The notes under the pieces were generated by a model, which made no database searches, was not told the DNA's origin, and saw only the letters and a program-made list of their open reading frames with translations. A stretch of 26,176 nt of DNA. It comes from Saprolegnia diclina VS20. Taxonomy: Eukaryota. The first letter of the stretch is position 1; each line of letters begins with the position of its first letter. The stretch spans positions 237,835 through 264,010 of the forward strand of contig NW_008246120.1 of assembly GCF_000281045.1 (NCBI RefSeq), read 5' to 3'. Below are positions 11,240-20,284 of the stretch, piece by piece. The position numbers and the translations under genes were made by a program.

Positions 11240-11256
11240 TTCACTTTTCAATTTGC
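11240..11256 (+). promoter_or_regulatory. Oomycete INR+FPR core promoter
   Basis: TTCACTTTTCAATTTGC matches YCAYTYY..WTTTNC and ends 9 bp before the ATG at 11266. Confidence 0.75.
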
Positions 11257-11265
11257 TACCTTGCG

Positions 11266-13015
11266 ATGGGCAACCAGTGGAGCTACGCTTTTGTGCTGCT
11301 GACGGTCGTGGCGCGCGCGGTGCATGGCGCCACGTACGACGTCGTCGTCGTCGGCAGTGGTCCGGGCGGCCTTGTTGCCGCCGAGTACCTCAGCCGCAAC
11401 GCCGGCATCTCGGTGCTCGTGCTCGAAGCCGGCGGACCGTCGCTCGCNNNNNNNNNNNNNNNNNNNNNNNNNNNNNNNNNNNNNNNNNNNNNNNNNNNNN
11501 NNNNNNNNNNNNNNNNNNNNNNNNNNNNNNNNNNNNNNNNNNNNNNNNNNNNNNNNNNNNNNNNNNNNNNNNNNNNNNNNNNNNNNNNNNNNNNNNNNNN
11601 NNNNNNNNNNNNNNNNNNNNNNNNNNNNNNNNNNNNNNNNNNNNNNNNNNNNNNNNNNNNNNNNNNNNNNNNNNNNNNNNNNNNNNNNNNNNNNNNNNNN
11701 NNNNNNNNNNNNNNNNNNNNNNNNNNNNNNNNNNNNNNNNNNNNNNNNNNNNNNNNNNNNNNNNNNNNNNNNNNNNNNNNNNNNNNNNNNNNNNNNNNNN
11801 NNNNNNNNNNNNNNNNNNNNNNNNNNNNNNNNNNNNNNNNNNNNNNNNNNNNNNNNNNNNNNNNNNNNNNNNNNNNNNNNNNNNNNNNNNNNNNNNNNNN
11901 NNNNNNNNNNNNNNNNNNNNNNNNNNNNNNNNNNNNNNNNNNNNNNNNNNNNNNNNNNNNNNNNNNNNNNNNNNNNNNNNNNNNNNNNNNNNNNNNNNNN
12001 NNNNNNNNNNNNNNNNNNNNNNNNNNNNNNNNNNNNNNNNNNNNNNNNNNNNNNNNNNNNNNNNNNNNNNNNNNNNNNNNNNNNNNNNNNNNNNNNNNNN
12101 NNNNNNNNNNNNNNNNNNNNNNNNNNNNNNNNNNNNNNNNNNNNNNNNNNNNNNNNNGAATTGCTCAAGAAGAACGGCACGTTTCGCGGTGTGAACGAGG
12201 ACGCAGCCAAGTGGGTCGTCAACGAGAACGTCGGAAGCAGCATCTTTGACACGCACCAGCTGCTCATGACGTTCTCGCGCAAGGACATGGTGGCGTTTCA
12301 GCAGACGCAAAGTCCTTCGGACGCCACGAAGCAGTACCTTCTCGGGAACCACTCGGGGCCCTGGGCGCAGTCGCCGCCCGTCTTGATCGGGTACGAAAAT
12401 TACCAAGTCAACGGCCGCATGTACCAGTTTCAAGTCACCACGTTTACGCACGGCTTTGCAAAGGGCGATGGCGCCAAGCACGTCGGCGTCGCCATCTACC
12501 TCAACAACCCAATCTCGCGCGACAGCGGCCGGTTTGACAAGGACGGTCTCTACCGCATCAACACGGCCCACAGCATGTACAGCGACCCGCGCGACCGTGC
12601 GGCACTCATCAGCTTTGTCGACAAGTTCCGCAAGATGATGGCAGCGAAAGGCGCGGCGGCCGTCGTGCCAACCGCGGATGTTTCGTCGACCGACTTTGTC
12701 AACAAGAAGATCGAGGGAGCCAACCATTACGGTGGTAGCTGCTACACGTCGGGCGACAAGACCGATGCCAAGCGCTGCGCGGACGAGACGTTCCGCGTTA
12801 TCGGTGCCAAGAACATTTTTGTTGGCGACGGCAGCTTGATGAAGGAAGGCACGGTCAACCCGTACGGCTTCATCATGTACTCGGGATATCAAGCCGGTGT
12901 CAACGTCCAAGCGACCGTCTTGTCGGGTCCCAAGCCCCATGGAAAAGACATGCCCCACATGCGCCTGCCCCGTACGTTTGAAGCCGTGCACGACGACGAC
13001 GCCACTTCGTCCTAA
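11266..13015 (+). CDS. Secreted CDH-like GMC oxidoreductase, copy 2, catalytic domain only (no PAN domains); spans an assembly gap
   Basis: Signal peptide and YDVVVVGSGPGG..VLEAGGPSL lie before the gap. After it, LLKKNG..GANHYGGSC..GTVNPYG continue, then a short tail (..HDDDATSS*). The anchor-to-anchor distance across the gap is 714 bp against 716 bp in copy 3, so this is one gene. Confidence 0.85.
11448..12157. other. Assembly gap (N run, about 710 bp)
   Basis: Run of n characters. Confidence 0.99.
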
Positions 13016-13730
13016 CTGTTTTGGCTTATACAAATGTGTGCTTGTACGAACGTAGCAAAGACGCGGCCAATTCTCGTTACAGAAGGGCTTCCTGTGCCAT
13101 CCAGGGTTCATGAAAGGCTTGGCCCTAGGTGGCATAGACTGGGATGCGTGCATATCTAGGACATACTACGTCGAGACAAAAAGCCGGATCATGGTTGGCG
13201 ACAAGGGCTCATAAAAAGGGTTTGTCTGATGAACCTTAGCTGGCAATGAATGCCATCAGTGCGGTCGAAGACCTGTGTTGGCCGCACCCGCCTGCGACAC
13301 CGCGACTGATACGTCGGTGCCAAAGTAGTACTAACGCAAAAGCTTCACTAATAGTTATTGTACACTTGGAGGCTCCGTGCAAAGGTCCCGTGTTTGCCAC
13401 CAAGACGCGAGATTCACTGTCGAGGGGTGCGTGCTGGCAGTGCTGCTTGCTGGTTACAGGCGTAGCAGCATCCATGCCGTGTAACGGGAGGAAATACCGG
13501 TGATGCAACGTCGGACAGGCTCGAGGAAGCTCGTTGTGGGACTGTGCGCTGTAGCAGACAGGCGCGGCCCGCGACCTTGCTGCATGATCCGACGCTCTCG
13601 ATGGCCAACTCAGCCATCGCGCGCCGCATTGGCCAATCATCGTGCGGGAAGAATGGAAGCGTGAAATTCGAAGAGCCAATCAAAGATGCGTTTGAGTGGA
13701 AACTGCAAATCCAGCAAGTGCAATGTCGCG

Positions 13731-13746
13731 CCAGTTTGTAATTTGC
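13731..13746 (+). promoter_or_regulatory. Possible INR+FPR-like core promoter
   Basis: CCAGTTTGTAATTTGC ends 6 bp before the ATG at 13753, favouring that start over upstream ones. Confidence 0.5.
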
Positions 13747-13752
13747 ACGACC

Positions 13753-14334
13753 ATGCCCAACAAGATCACGTCGAACCTTCTCGTCTTCGCCTTGATTAGC
13801 GCGATCGCATTCCTCGAAGCGTGCAGGGAGACGCTCGTCGCGTGGCTCGCCGATGCCCTCGACGAGCAGGACGCCCCAACCTACGATGCCTACGATGACA
13901 GCGACGACAGCAAGGCCACCTCTTGGTGGTCATTTCCCAAGCCGCACGACAGCGTTGATGACGAAGAGGTACACACCGAGTGCTCGTCCGAAGGCAGCGC
14001 CGGTCACGACGACTGGGACGCCCAAGCCACGCCGTCGAGCGCGGAAGCTCCGTTCCAACTAAAGCACAAGACGATGGACCTTCTCATCGACGATTACCTC
14101 TGCCCTTGTGGCGAGTGCCCTTGGTACAACCTAATTGAAGCCCATGTTGCTGCCTATAGCATGCCACTGCAGCTCAAGCGCCCCGTGTGCCGAGTGCTAC
14201 AGGCGTACTCGACGTACAACGAGGCCGTCGGGTACTGTTCTGGCATGGTGCCATGGGCTCTTCACTGTGTGGAGACGTGCGACGGCAACGAAGACTCTGC
14301 TTTTGCTGCCTTTATCAACCTCTGCATGCTCTGA
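13753..14334 (+). CDS. Small protein (193 aa) with hydrophobic N-terminus, acidic linker and a truncated TBC/RabGAP-like segment
   Basis: LLVFALISAIAFL leader. RVLQAYSTYNEAVGYCSGM..GNEDSAFAAFINL resembles the TBC core L.AYS.YN..VGYCQGM...EEDAFW. Codon usage looks coding. Confidence 0.7.
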   Translation: MPNKITSNLLVFALISAIAFLEACRETLVAWLADALDEQDAPTYDAYDDSDDSKATSWWSFPKPHDSVDDEEVHTECSSEGSAGHDDWDAQATPSSAEAPFQLKHKTMDLLIDDYLCPCGECPWYNLIEAHVAAYSMPLQLKRPVCRVLQAYSTYNEAVGYCSGMVPWALHCVETCDGNEDSAFAAFINLCML

Positions 14335-14373
14335 GCATGCTCGCATCCTCTCCGAGAGCCTATTTCACTCGAT

Positions 14374-15529
14374 TTAATTTAATAAATTAACTGTAAAAAT
14401 GCATGTTGAAGTCATCGAGTTTAAAAGGTCTTTGAGTATCAACGCTTGATTGGTCGAAATCTCGACGAGTTTCAGCCAATCATACGGTATGACACAACCG
14501 TGCTTCACGTGCGCCGGCAGGTCGAGCTGCTTGAACGCCGAAATCACGTCAGGAAATGATATCGGCGAAACTTGGCACATGGATAAAGGACATTGTGGAG
14601 ACCTCGGAATGCTACGTCATGTCGACAGAAGATGCGTACAACGAGAGAAACTGGCCAACTTGTTAATCATGGCATCTGCCATTTATAAGTACGCCCTGCC
14701 ATATTTAATCACCCACGCACTGCGTCAACTGATGACGGCAGATATCGGGCGCTTCAAGTTGGACGCACATCGTCGTGAGCGTCTCCAGGAGCAGCTCTGT
14801 CGACGGCGAGAGGCTACAGTTGCGGAGCACAAGAGACGTTAGCGCGGGACCGGCGACAAGCCCATAATCAATGCCTGTGTGCGATTGACATTCAACCAAG
14901 AGACGAAGAGCATCTGAAGCTACGACAGCATCGGTGCTGCACATGTTGCTAGCTGGCCGAAGACGTTGCAGACAGGGACTTGAGCTGTGTGCGGCTGACG
15001 GCGGTCGCGAGGTCCGTCAGCGTTGCATGGTCGCACAAACCTACAAACCATAATCCCTGTTTTAGTTTTTCTTTTTCAATCCCTTTGCGAATGTTTGATT
15101 TTTCCAATCGTGTTTCATCATTGTTAGCTCACTACTGCACCGTAGCGACCTCATCATGGTATAGCCCCTAACCCGATCCCTGGACTGCAACACACACGGC
15201 TACTGCGTCCTCGGCGAGCCGACGTGGCGATGCCAGACACTTTGAATTCTTCTAGTACTGCAGAAAGCCTCTATTATGAGGTATCCACGTTCATTCAAGG
15301 TCTTGGTGCTCAAAGAGTCCGCCTAAACCCGTCGACATTGTTTCTCGACCCGAAGTCCCAGTCCCAAACCAGTACAACCATCTGCTGGACCAAATGATTG
15401 CTGGTGCGGCGATATCGCACATTCCTTCTCGGTGCGATGCCAGTCTATGAGAGCCAAGCGAGAGCAGCCAGACCGATCCACTCGCAGACCGACCACATGA
15501 GCATTTACATCGTCTGGCAGCGATTCCAC
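14374..15529 (-). pseudogene. Possible highly decayed F-box/LRR-like remnant
   Basis: Minus-strand fragments VESLPDDVNAHVVGL (F-box-like start), LTSLVLRNCSLS..LETLTTMCVQLEAPDI and FKQLDLP (LRR-like), broken by stops and frameshifts. Weak. Confidence 0.22.
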
Positions 15530-15888
15530 GACAATCGGGGACTGTATGCTCCCGCTGTAAACCTAACCCTAAGCCCTGCCTTCGCCGAGCCAGTGACTTT
15601 GAATGTGGAGGAGACACGATCTGGCGCTACTAGCTTCTAAGTCAACATGCTTCGTCGTGTGTCAGCAAGTCAAAGCAGCACAAAAACGTCAACACTGAAC
15701 ACACGCATGATGCGGGATAATGACGGCTTGAGGGGCCCGAAAGCCTCATCACATCAGCATCGACGACCAATCCATCGAGAACGTCCCGAGCATGGAAGTC
15801 GATATTTCTTCTCCGCTACAGAGCTCAAGTAGTCGTGCATACCAATCATATATTCCAAAATTTTTATTGTACAGTGCTTATATCCGGT

Positions 15889-18540
15889 TTACATGAGAAC
15901 CGTGGCCGAGATGACGTTGCCATTCGCCTTGGTGGCGCTCTTGCTGCTCTTGAAGTAGCACGTACCCTGGTACCATGAGAAGGCACCGCACCCATTCATG
16001 TTGCGGCATTTTGCGCAGCAGTCGTCGGCCGTCGACGCGGCGGCACTACCAATGTCGCTGCCCACGTAGTCTGTGCCAATCTCGAGCGCCGAGCACTTGT
16101 TGACGACCGCCGCCGTCGTACCCGGGGCAGCCTTGCGTCCGTTGTGGCCGCTCTTGAGCCAGCAAATGTTGTTCCAGAGGCTGTAGGCGTTGCACGCCTT
16201 GTTCTTCTTGCACGCGGCGCAGCAGTCGCCGGGGTTGGTTCCTGGCACGTTCCCGACGTCTTGGCCTGCAAAGTCCGTGTTGGGTTCGGGAATACCGCAG
16301 CCCGAGGCAGATGCGTCGATGCTACCGGCCTTGGCGCCAGACTGCGTCGACTTGGGGCCGCGACCACTCTTCAACCAGCACATTCCGCCGTTGTAGTTCG
16401 TCCAGACGTAGACGGAGCAACCTGGCTTGGCCGCGCAGTCGGCGCAGCAGGCGTCCACCGACGACCGCGCCGTCGATCCAATGTCGTTGCCGGCGTAGTC
16501 GACGTCGTTCTCGACTGCCGAGCACGACACGTCGCCGCCAGGAATCGGCGTTGGCGTGACCACGGGGGTCGGCGTCGGTGTGACAACGGGAGCCGTCGTC
16601 GGTGCCGGTGTCGTTGCTCCCATGCTACCAGACTTGGCGCCGAGTTGTGTCGACTTCGCGCCACGCGCGTTCTTGAGCCAGCACGTGCCACCGTTGTGCT
16701 TGTTCCAGACGTACAAGGTGCACCCGGGCTTGGCTGCGCAGTCGGCACAGCAAGCGTCTGCCGATGCGCGACTCGTGGCACCGATATCGTTGCCGTAGTA
16801 GTCGACGTCGTTCTCAAAGTCGGTGCACGTTGCCAGCGTCGGTGGCGACGTCGGCGGTGTCACTTCACTGTAGCCAACAATCGTCTTGGCAACGTTGACG
16901 CCGGTCTGGTGCCCAGCGTACATAATAAAGCCGTACGGGTTGACCGTGCCTTCCTTCATCAAGCTGCCATCACCGACGTAAATGTTCTTGGCGCCCACAA
17001 CGAGAAACGTCTCGTCCGCGCAGCGCTTCGAGTCTGTCTTGTCGCCCGACGTGTAGCAGCTGCCGCCGTAGTGGTTGGCTCCTTCGACCTTCTTGTTAAC
17101 AAAGTCGGTTGACGCAACATCCTTGGCCGGAATGACCGTCGTGACACCTTGGGCGCTCATCATGCCTCGCAGCTTTTCGACGTAGTTGGCCAGCGCCGCC
17201 CGGTCGCGTTGGTCGCTGTACATGCTGCGCGCCGTGTCGAGGTGGTAGCGCCCGTCGCTCGTGAAGCGCGCGCTGTCGCGCGAGATCGGGTTGTTGACGT
17301 ACACCGCGACACCAAACTCGGTCGGGTTGTTGCTGCCCCAGTTGAAGCCATGGCAGAAAGTCGTGACCTGGAACTGGTACGCCCGGCCGTTTACGTTGTA
17401 GTTGTCATACGCGATCTGAACCGGGTCCGGACTCGACCATGGTCCGCTGTGGCCTTGCGTCATGTACTGCGTGATCGCCGCCGTCGGACTCTGCGTGTGG
17501 GCAAACGTCTTCATGTCCTTGCGAGAGAAGGTCATGAGCAGCTGGTGTGTGTCAAATAAGCTGCTGCCGACGTTCTCGTTGACGACCCAGTTGGCCGCGT
17601 CACTGCTCACACCCGGAAAGTTGCCGTTGGCCTTGAGCAAGGTGAGCTGGCTCGACGGACCGACGCCCGACTGCATGAGGATCTTGGGCGTCATGACGGC
17701 CGAACCCGCGACGACGACCGCGCCCCGCGACGAGAGGTCGACCGTGACGGTCTGGCCGTTGGTGGTGTAGACCACACCGGTCGCAACACCCTTGGACTGG
17801 ATGATGTACGAGACGGTTGCCGACGAAATGAGCTTGAAGTTGGGTCGGGTCTTGGCCGCACCGAGAAATGTCTTGGCCGGCGAGTCGCGGAGACCGTTCT
17901 TGATCGCAAACGGCGGGTGGCCGTAGCTCTTGCTCTTGGCGTTGCGGTCGGTGTTGAGGCTGTTGGACTCGGTGTAGCCGCCGCCGCCCAAGACGTTGCG
18001 CATGATGTTGTACGCCTCTTGGAGATACCGGCTGCCATCGGGCGACGGGTTGTTGGTCGAAGTAAACATCGTCTCGATCGCCGAGAAGCCAGCGTCGACA
18101 GTCGCCACGTCGTTGGGCCAGCTTGCTTCCGTCACGTACGAGTTGGGTGTGCGAAAGTAGAGCATACCGTTGAGCGACGAGCTGCCGCCGACGACTTTGC
18201 CGAGGTAGAGACCAGTGGGCGACGCGACCCAGTCGGTGCCCATGCGGTACTTGTTGTCGCTTTGAAACGCGACGTTCGAGTACTCGCCAGGAACGTCAAA
18301 GCGCGTAAGACCTTGCGACTGGGCATAACCCGGGATGTCAGTGCCACCAGTGGCCGCGAGGGACGGGCCGCCGGCTTCGAGGACGAGCACGGACGTAGAC
18401 GCGTTGCGGCTGAGATACTCGGCGGCAACGAGGCCGCCGGGGCCGCTGCCAATGATGATGACGTCGTACGCCTCGCCGACGGCGACGTGCACAACGAATG
18501 CTACGACGATGAGCGTCGTGGACGAGATATGGTTGCCCAT
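15889..18540 (-). CDS. Secreted CDH-like GMC oxidoreductase with four PAN/Apple domains, copy 3, 883 aa, intronless
   Basis: Collinear with copy 1: signal peptide, YDVIIIGSGPGG, GKVVGGSSSLNGMLY, GANHYGGSC, GTVNP, P/T linkers and four PAN modules. Confidence 0.92.
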   Translation of the reverse strand: MGNHISSTTLIVVAFVVHVAVGEAYDVIIIGSGPGGLVAAEYLSRNASTSVLVLEAGGPSLAATGGTDIPGYAQSQGLTRFDVPGEYSNVAFQSDNKYRMGTDWVASPTGLYLGKVVGGSSSLNGMLYFRTPNSYVTEASWPNDVATVDAGFSAIETMFTSTNNPSPDGSRYLQEAYNIMRNVLGGGGYTESNSLNTDRNAKSKSYGHPPFAIKNGLRDSPAKTFLGAAKTRPNFKLISSATVSYIIQSKGVATGVVYTTNGQTVTVDLSSRGAVVVAGSAVMTPKILMQSGVGPSSQLTLLKANGNFPGVSSDAANWVVNENVGSSLFDTHQLLMTFSRKDMKTFAHTQSPTAAITQYMTQGHSGPWSSPDPVQIAYDNYNVNGRAYQFQVTTFCHGFNWGSNNPTEFGVAVYVNNPISRDSARFTSDGRYHLDTARSMYSDQRDRAALANYVEKLRGMMSAQGVTTVIPAKDVASTDFVNKKVEGANHYGGSCYTSGDKTDSKRCADETFLVVGAKNIYVGDGSLMKEGTVNPYGFIMYAGHQTGVNVAKTIVGYSEVTPPTSPPTLATCTDFENDVDYYGNDIGATSRASADACCADCAAKPGCTLYVWNKHNGGTCWLKNARGAKSTQLGAKSGSMGATTPAPTTAPVVTPTPTPVVTPTPIPGGDVSCSAVENDVDYAGNDIGSTARSSVDACCADCAAKPGCSVYVWTNYNGGMCWLKSGRGPKSTQSGAKAGSIDASASGCGIPEPNTDFAGQDVGNVPGTNPGDCCAACKKNKACNAYSLWNNICWLKSGHNGRKAAPGTTAAVVNKCSALEIGTDYVGSDIGSAAASTADDCCAKCRNMNGCGAFSWYQGTCYFKSSKSATKANGNVISATVLM

Positions 18541-18549
18541 GCTGAAGTT

Positions 18550-18566
18550 GGAAATTCAAAAGTGAG
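18550..18566 (-). promoter_or_regulatory. Oomycete INR+FPR core promoter of copy 3
   Basis: The minus strand reads CTCACTTTTGAATTTCC, ending 9 bp before the ATG at 18540. Confidence 0.75.
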
Positions 18567-19148
18567 GACTCGGCAGTGTGGCTTATCTGGGTGGGAATGA
18601 TCGCCGACCGCCAAAAAAGTATACGCTTGGTTTGCAGGCAGCACAATGACAACCGCTGCGACAAATGGCGTGAAGCAGTCTCCAATGCTAACGTTCTATC
18701 CTTCGTGCAAAAGCGTCTCGATTTTGCTGAAGAGTGCAGTGTCTCGGGAGTATCACACGTGCATGGTCCTCTCTCCACCACTGGGGCCGCCGACCGTTGC
18801 TCCTGGGGTCCTATTAACTACACTCTGCAGCAAGGAGCTGAGGTAGGAACCAGGAGGTAGGAACGGTGCACGAACAAGGTGCTCGCTATGAGATGCTCGG
18901 TATCTTTTTTCTCGTCCTCGAGCTTCAAGTGCAGTGGGCGCGGATTGGCTGATGGCAATCTTCAAAAATGGAGTGTCTTGTCCCAGCTGAAAGGCGCACC
19001 CAATCTAAAAACTGTAAAGCGCACCTAGTCGGTTTTTCGATTAGCCGGTTAGCGACAGGCGTCCGGCTAGCCGGCTAGGTCCGTTCGGTTACATATCGCA
19101 GTCGAGAAAGGCGGCGACCTTCGATGCGCACAGGCATATCCAAACACG

Positions 19149-20227
19149 ATGTTTGACCAATTCCGGTTCGGGGCAGGCATGAAGCGATCGGTAGTCGACG
19201 AGGCTCCATCGCGCCCTGCGCCCAAGAAGGCCAAGCCGACCGCGCTTGTGCGCAAGTGGCAAGAGCGCTACCATGGCATCTGCGACGTCTGCTTTGACAC
19301 TGTGACCGAGTGCAGCCACCATCCCGACGTGGCCTTGCGCCTGCTGATCGTGGGGCACAACCCGTCCGAGAATGCGTGGCAGAGTACAAGACCTCCTACT
19401 GCCCACGCTTCTACTACCTCATGGATCGCGCGTATTAGGCGGCTTCTCGTACAGCAACCCGTCCAATCGCATGTGGAAGCTGCTCATGGGCGACTTTCAC
19501 GGCCAGAGCTGGCCCGGCGTATTGCCGCCCGACTGGACCATGGCAGACCAAAACGCCATGCCGCATGAGCTCGGCGTTGGCTTCTCCGACCTGGGCCACG
19601 AGGTATCATCCATCTCTCGCTCTCGTTGACAGTTGCGCTCACGTTGGTGGGATGATGCTAGCCTGGCAACGACGCGGCGGCGTATGGCAAAGCGACAAGT
19701 ACGTTCTACCGCCTCTTGTGGGCATCGTCGCACAATCTATGGTGCGTAGTGCAGCAATGGACCCGCGAGTTCTACGACCGCATGCGCGCGCACATGCAGC
19801 GCGTCCAGGCGAATCTGCACGCAACCGCATCTGGCGATTGCAGCAGCGTCTATGCGCATGGCCCGATGCTTGTAGCGTTTATGGGCAAGCGGCAATACAC
19901 CTACCTCTTTGATCCGCCGTTGAAAAAGGTTTTGCCATTGTGTCTTTGCGGTGCATTGAGCGGTATCATTAGGTCGACACGGGGCATCAAGACCCGTCTA
20001 CGCTGCCGCCCGACTGGCCGCTCCCGCCGTCGTGCGAGGTGTGGGTCCTCCCGAGCTCCAGTGGCCGCGCGGCCATGACGGACAAGGCGCGCTGTGCGCC
20101 GTACCGGGATCTCGCAGCTCGATTTCACGCTATTCCATGGCCCTCGCCGGCCAACGCCAGCTGCCACGTCATCAAATCAGAAGACATCAAGTCGGAGGAC
20201 GACGGCGCTTGCATGAAGACAGAATAA
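19149..20227 (+). CDS. MUG/TDG-family (uracil-DNA glycosylase-like) DNA glycosylase, 5 exons, 289 aa. Exons 19149-19383, 19439-19602, 19662-19698, 19750-19928, 19973-20227
   Basis: The spliced ORF contains LLIVGHNPS (GINPG-like motif A), SGFSYSNPSNRMWKLL, GVGFSDL, LVAFMGK and VWVLPSSSGRA (motif B), plus an NLS-like PKKAK. All four introns are GT-AG and keep the frame. Confidence 0.85.
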
Positions 20228-20284
20228 GATCCGAGTTGAGAGTATTGTCTATCCTCTTCCTCCGTTATAAATGCAACGCAGTTC

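Noticed and set aside
11266..13015. Apparent frameshift in GMC copy 2
   Set aside because: The frame change falls inside the N gap, and the span differs from copy 3 by only 2 bp, which gap-size estimation explains.
15558..15577. Telomere-like TAAACCTAACCCTAAGCCCT
   Set aside because: Only two to three degenerate units; too short to call an interstitial telomeric repeat.
19063..19078. Palindrome/tandem CCGGCTAGCCGGCTAG upstream of the glycosylase
   Set aside because: Single short occurrence with no supporting evidence of function.
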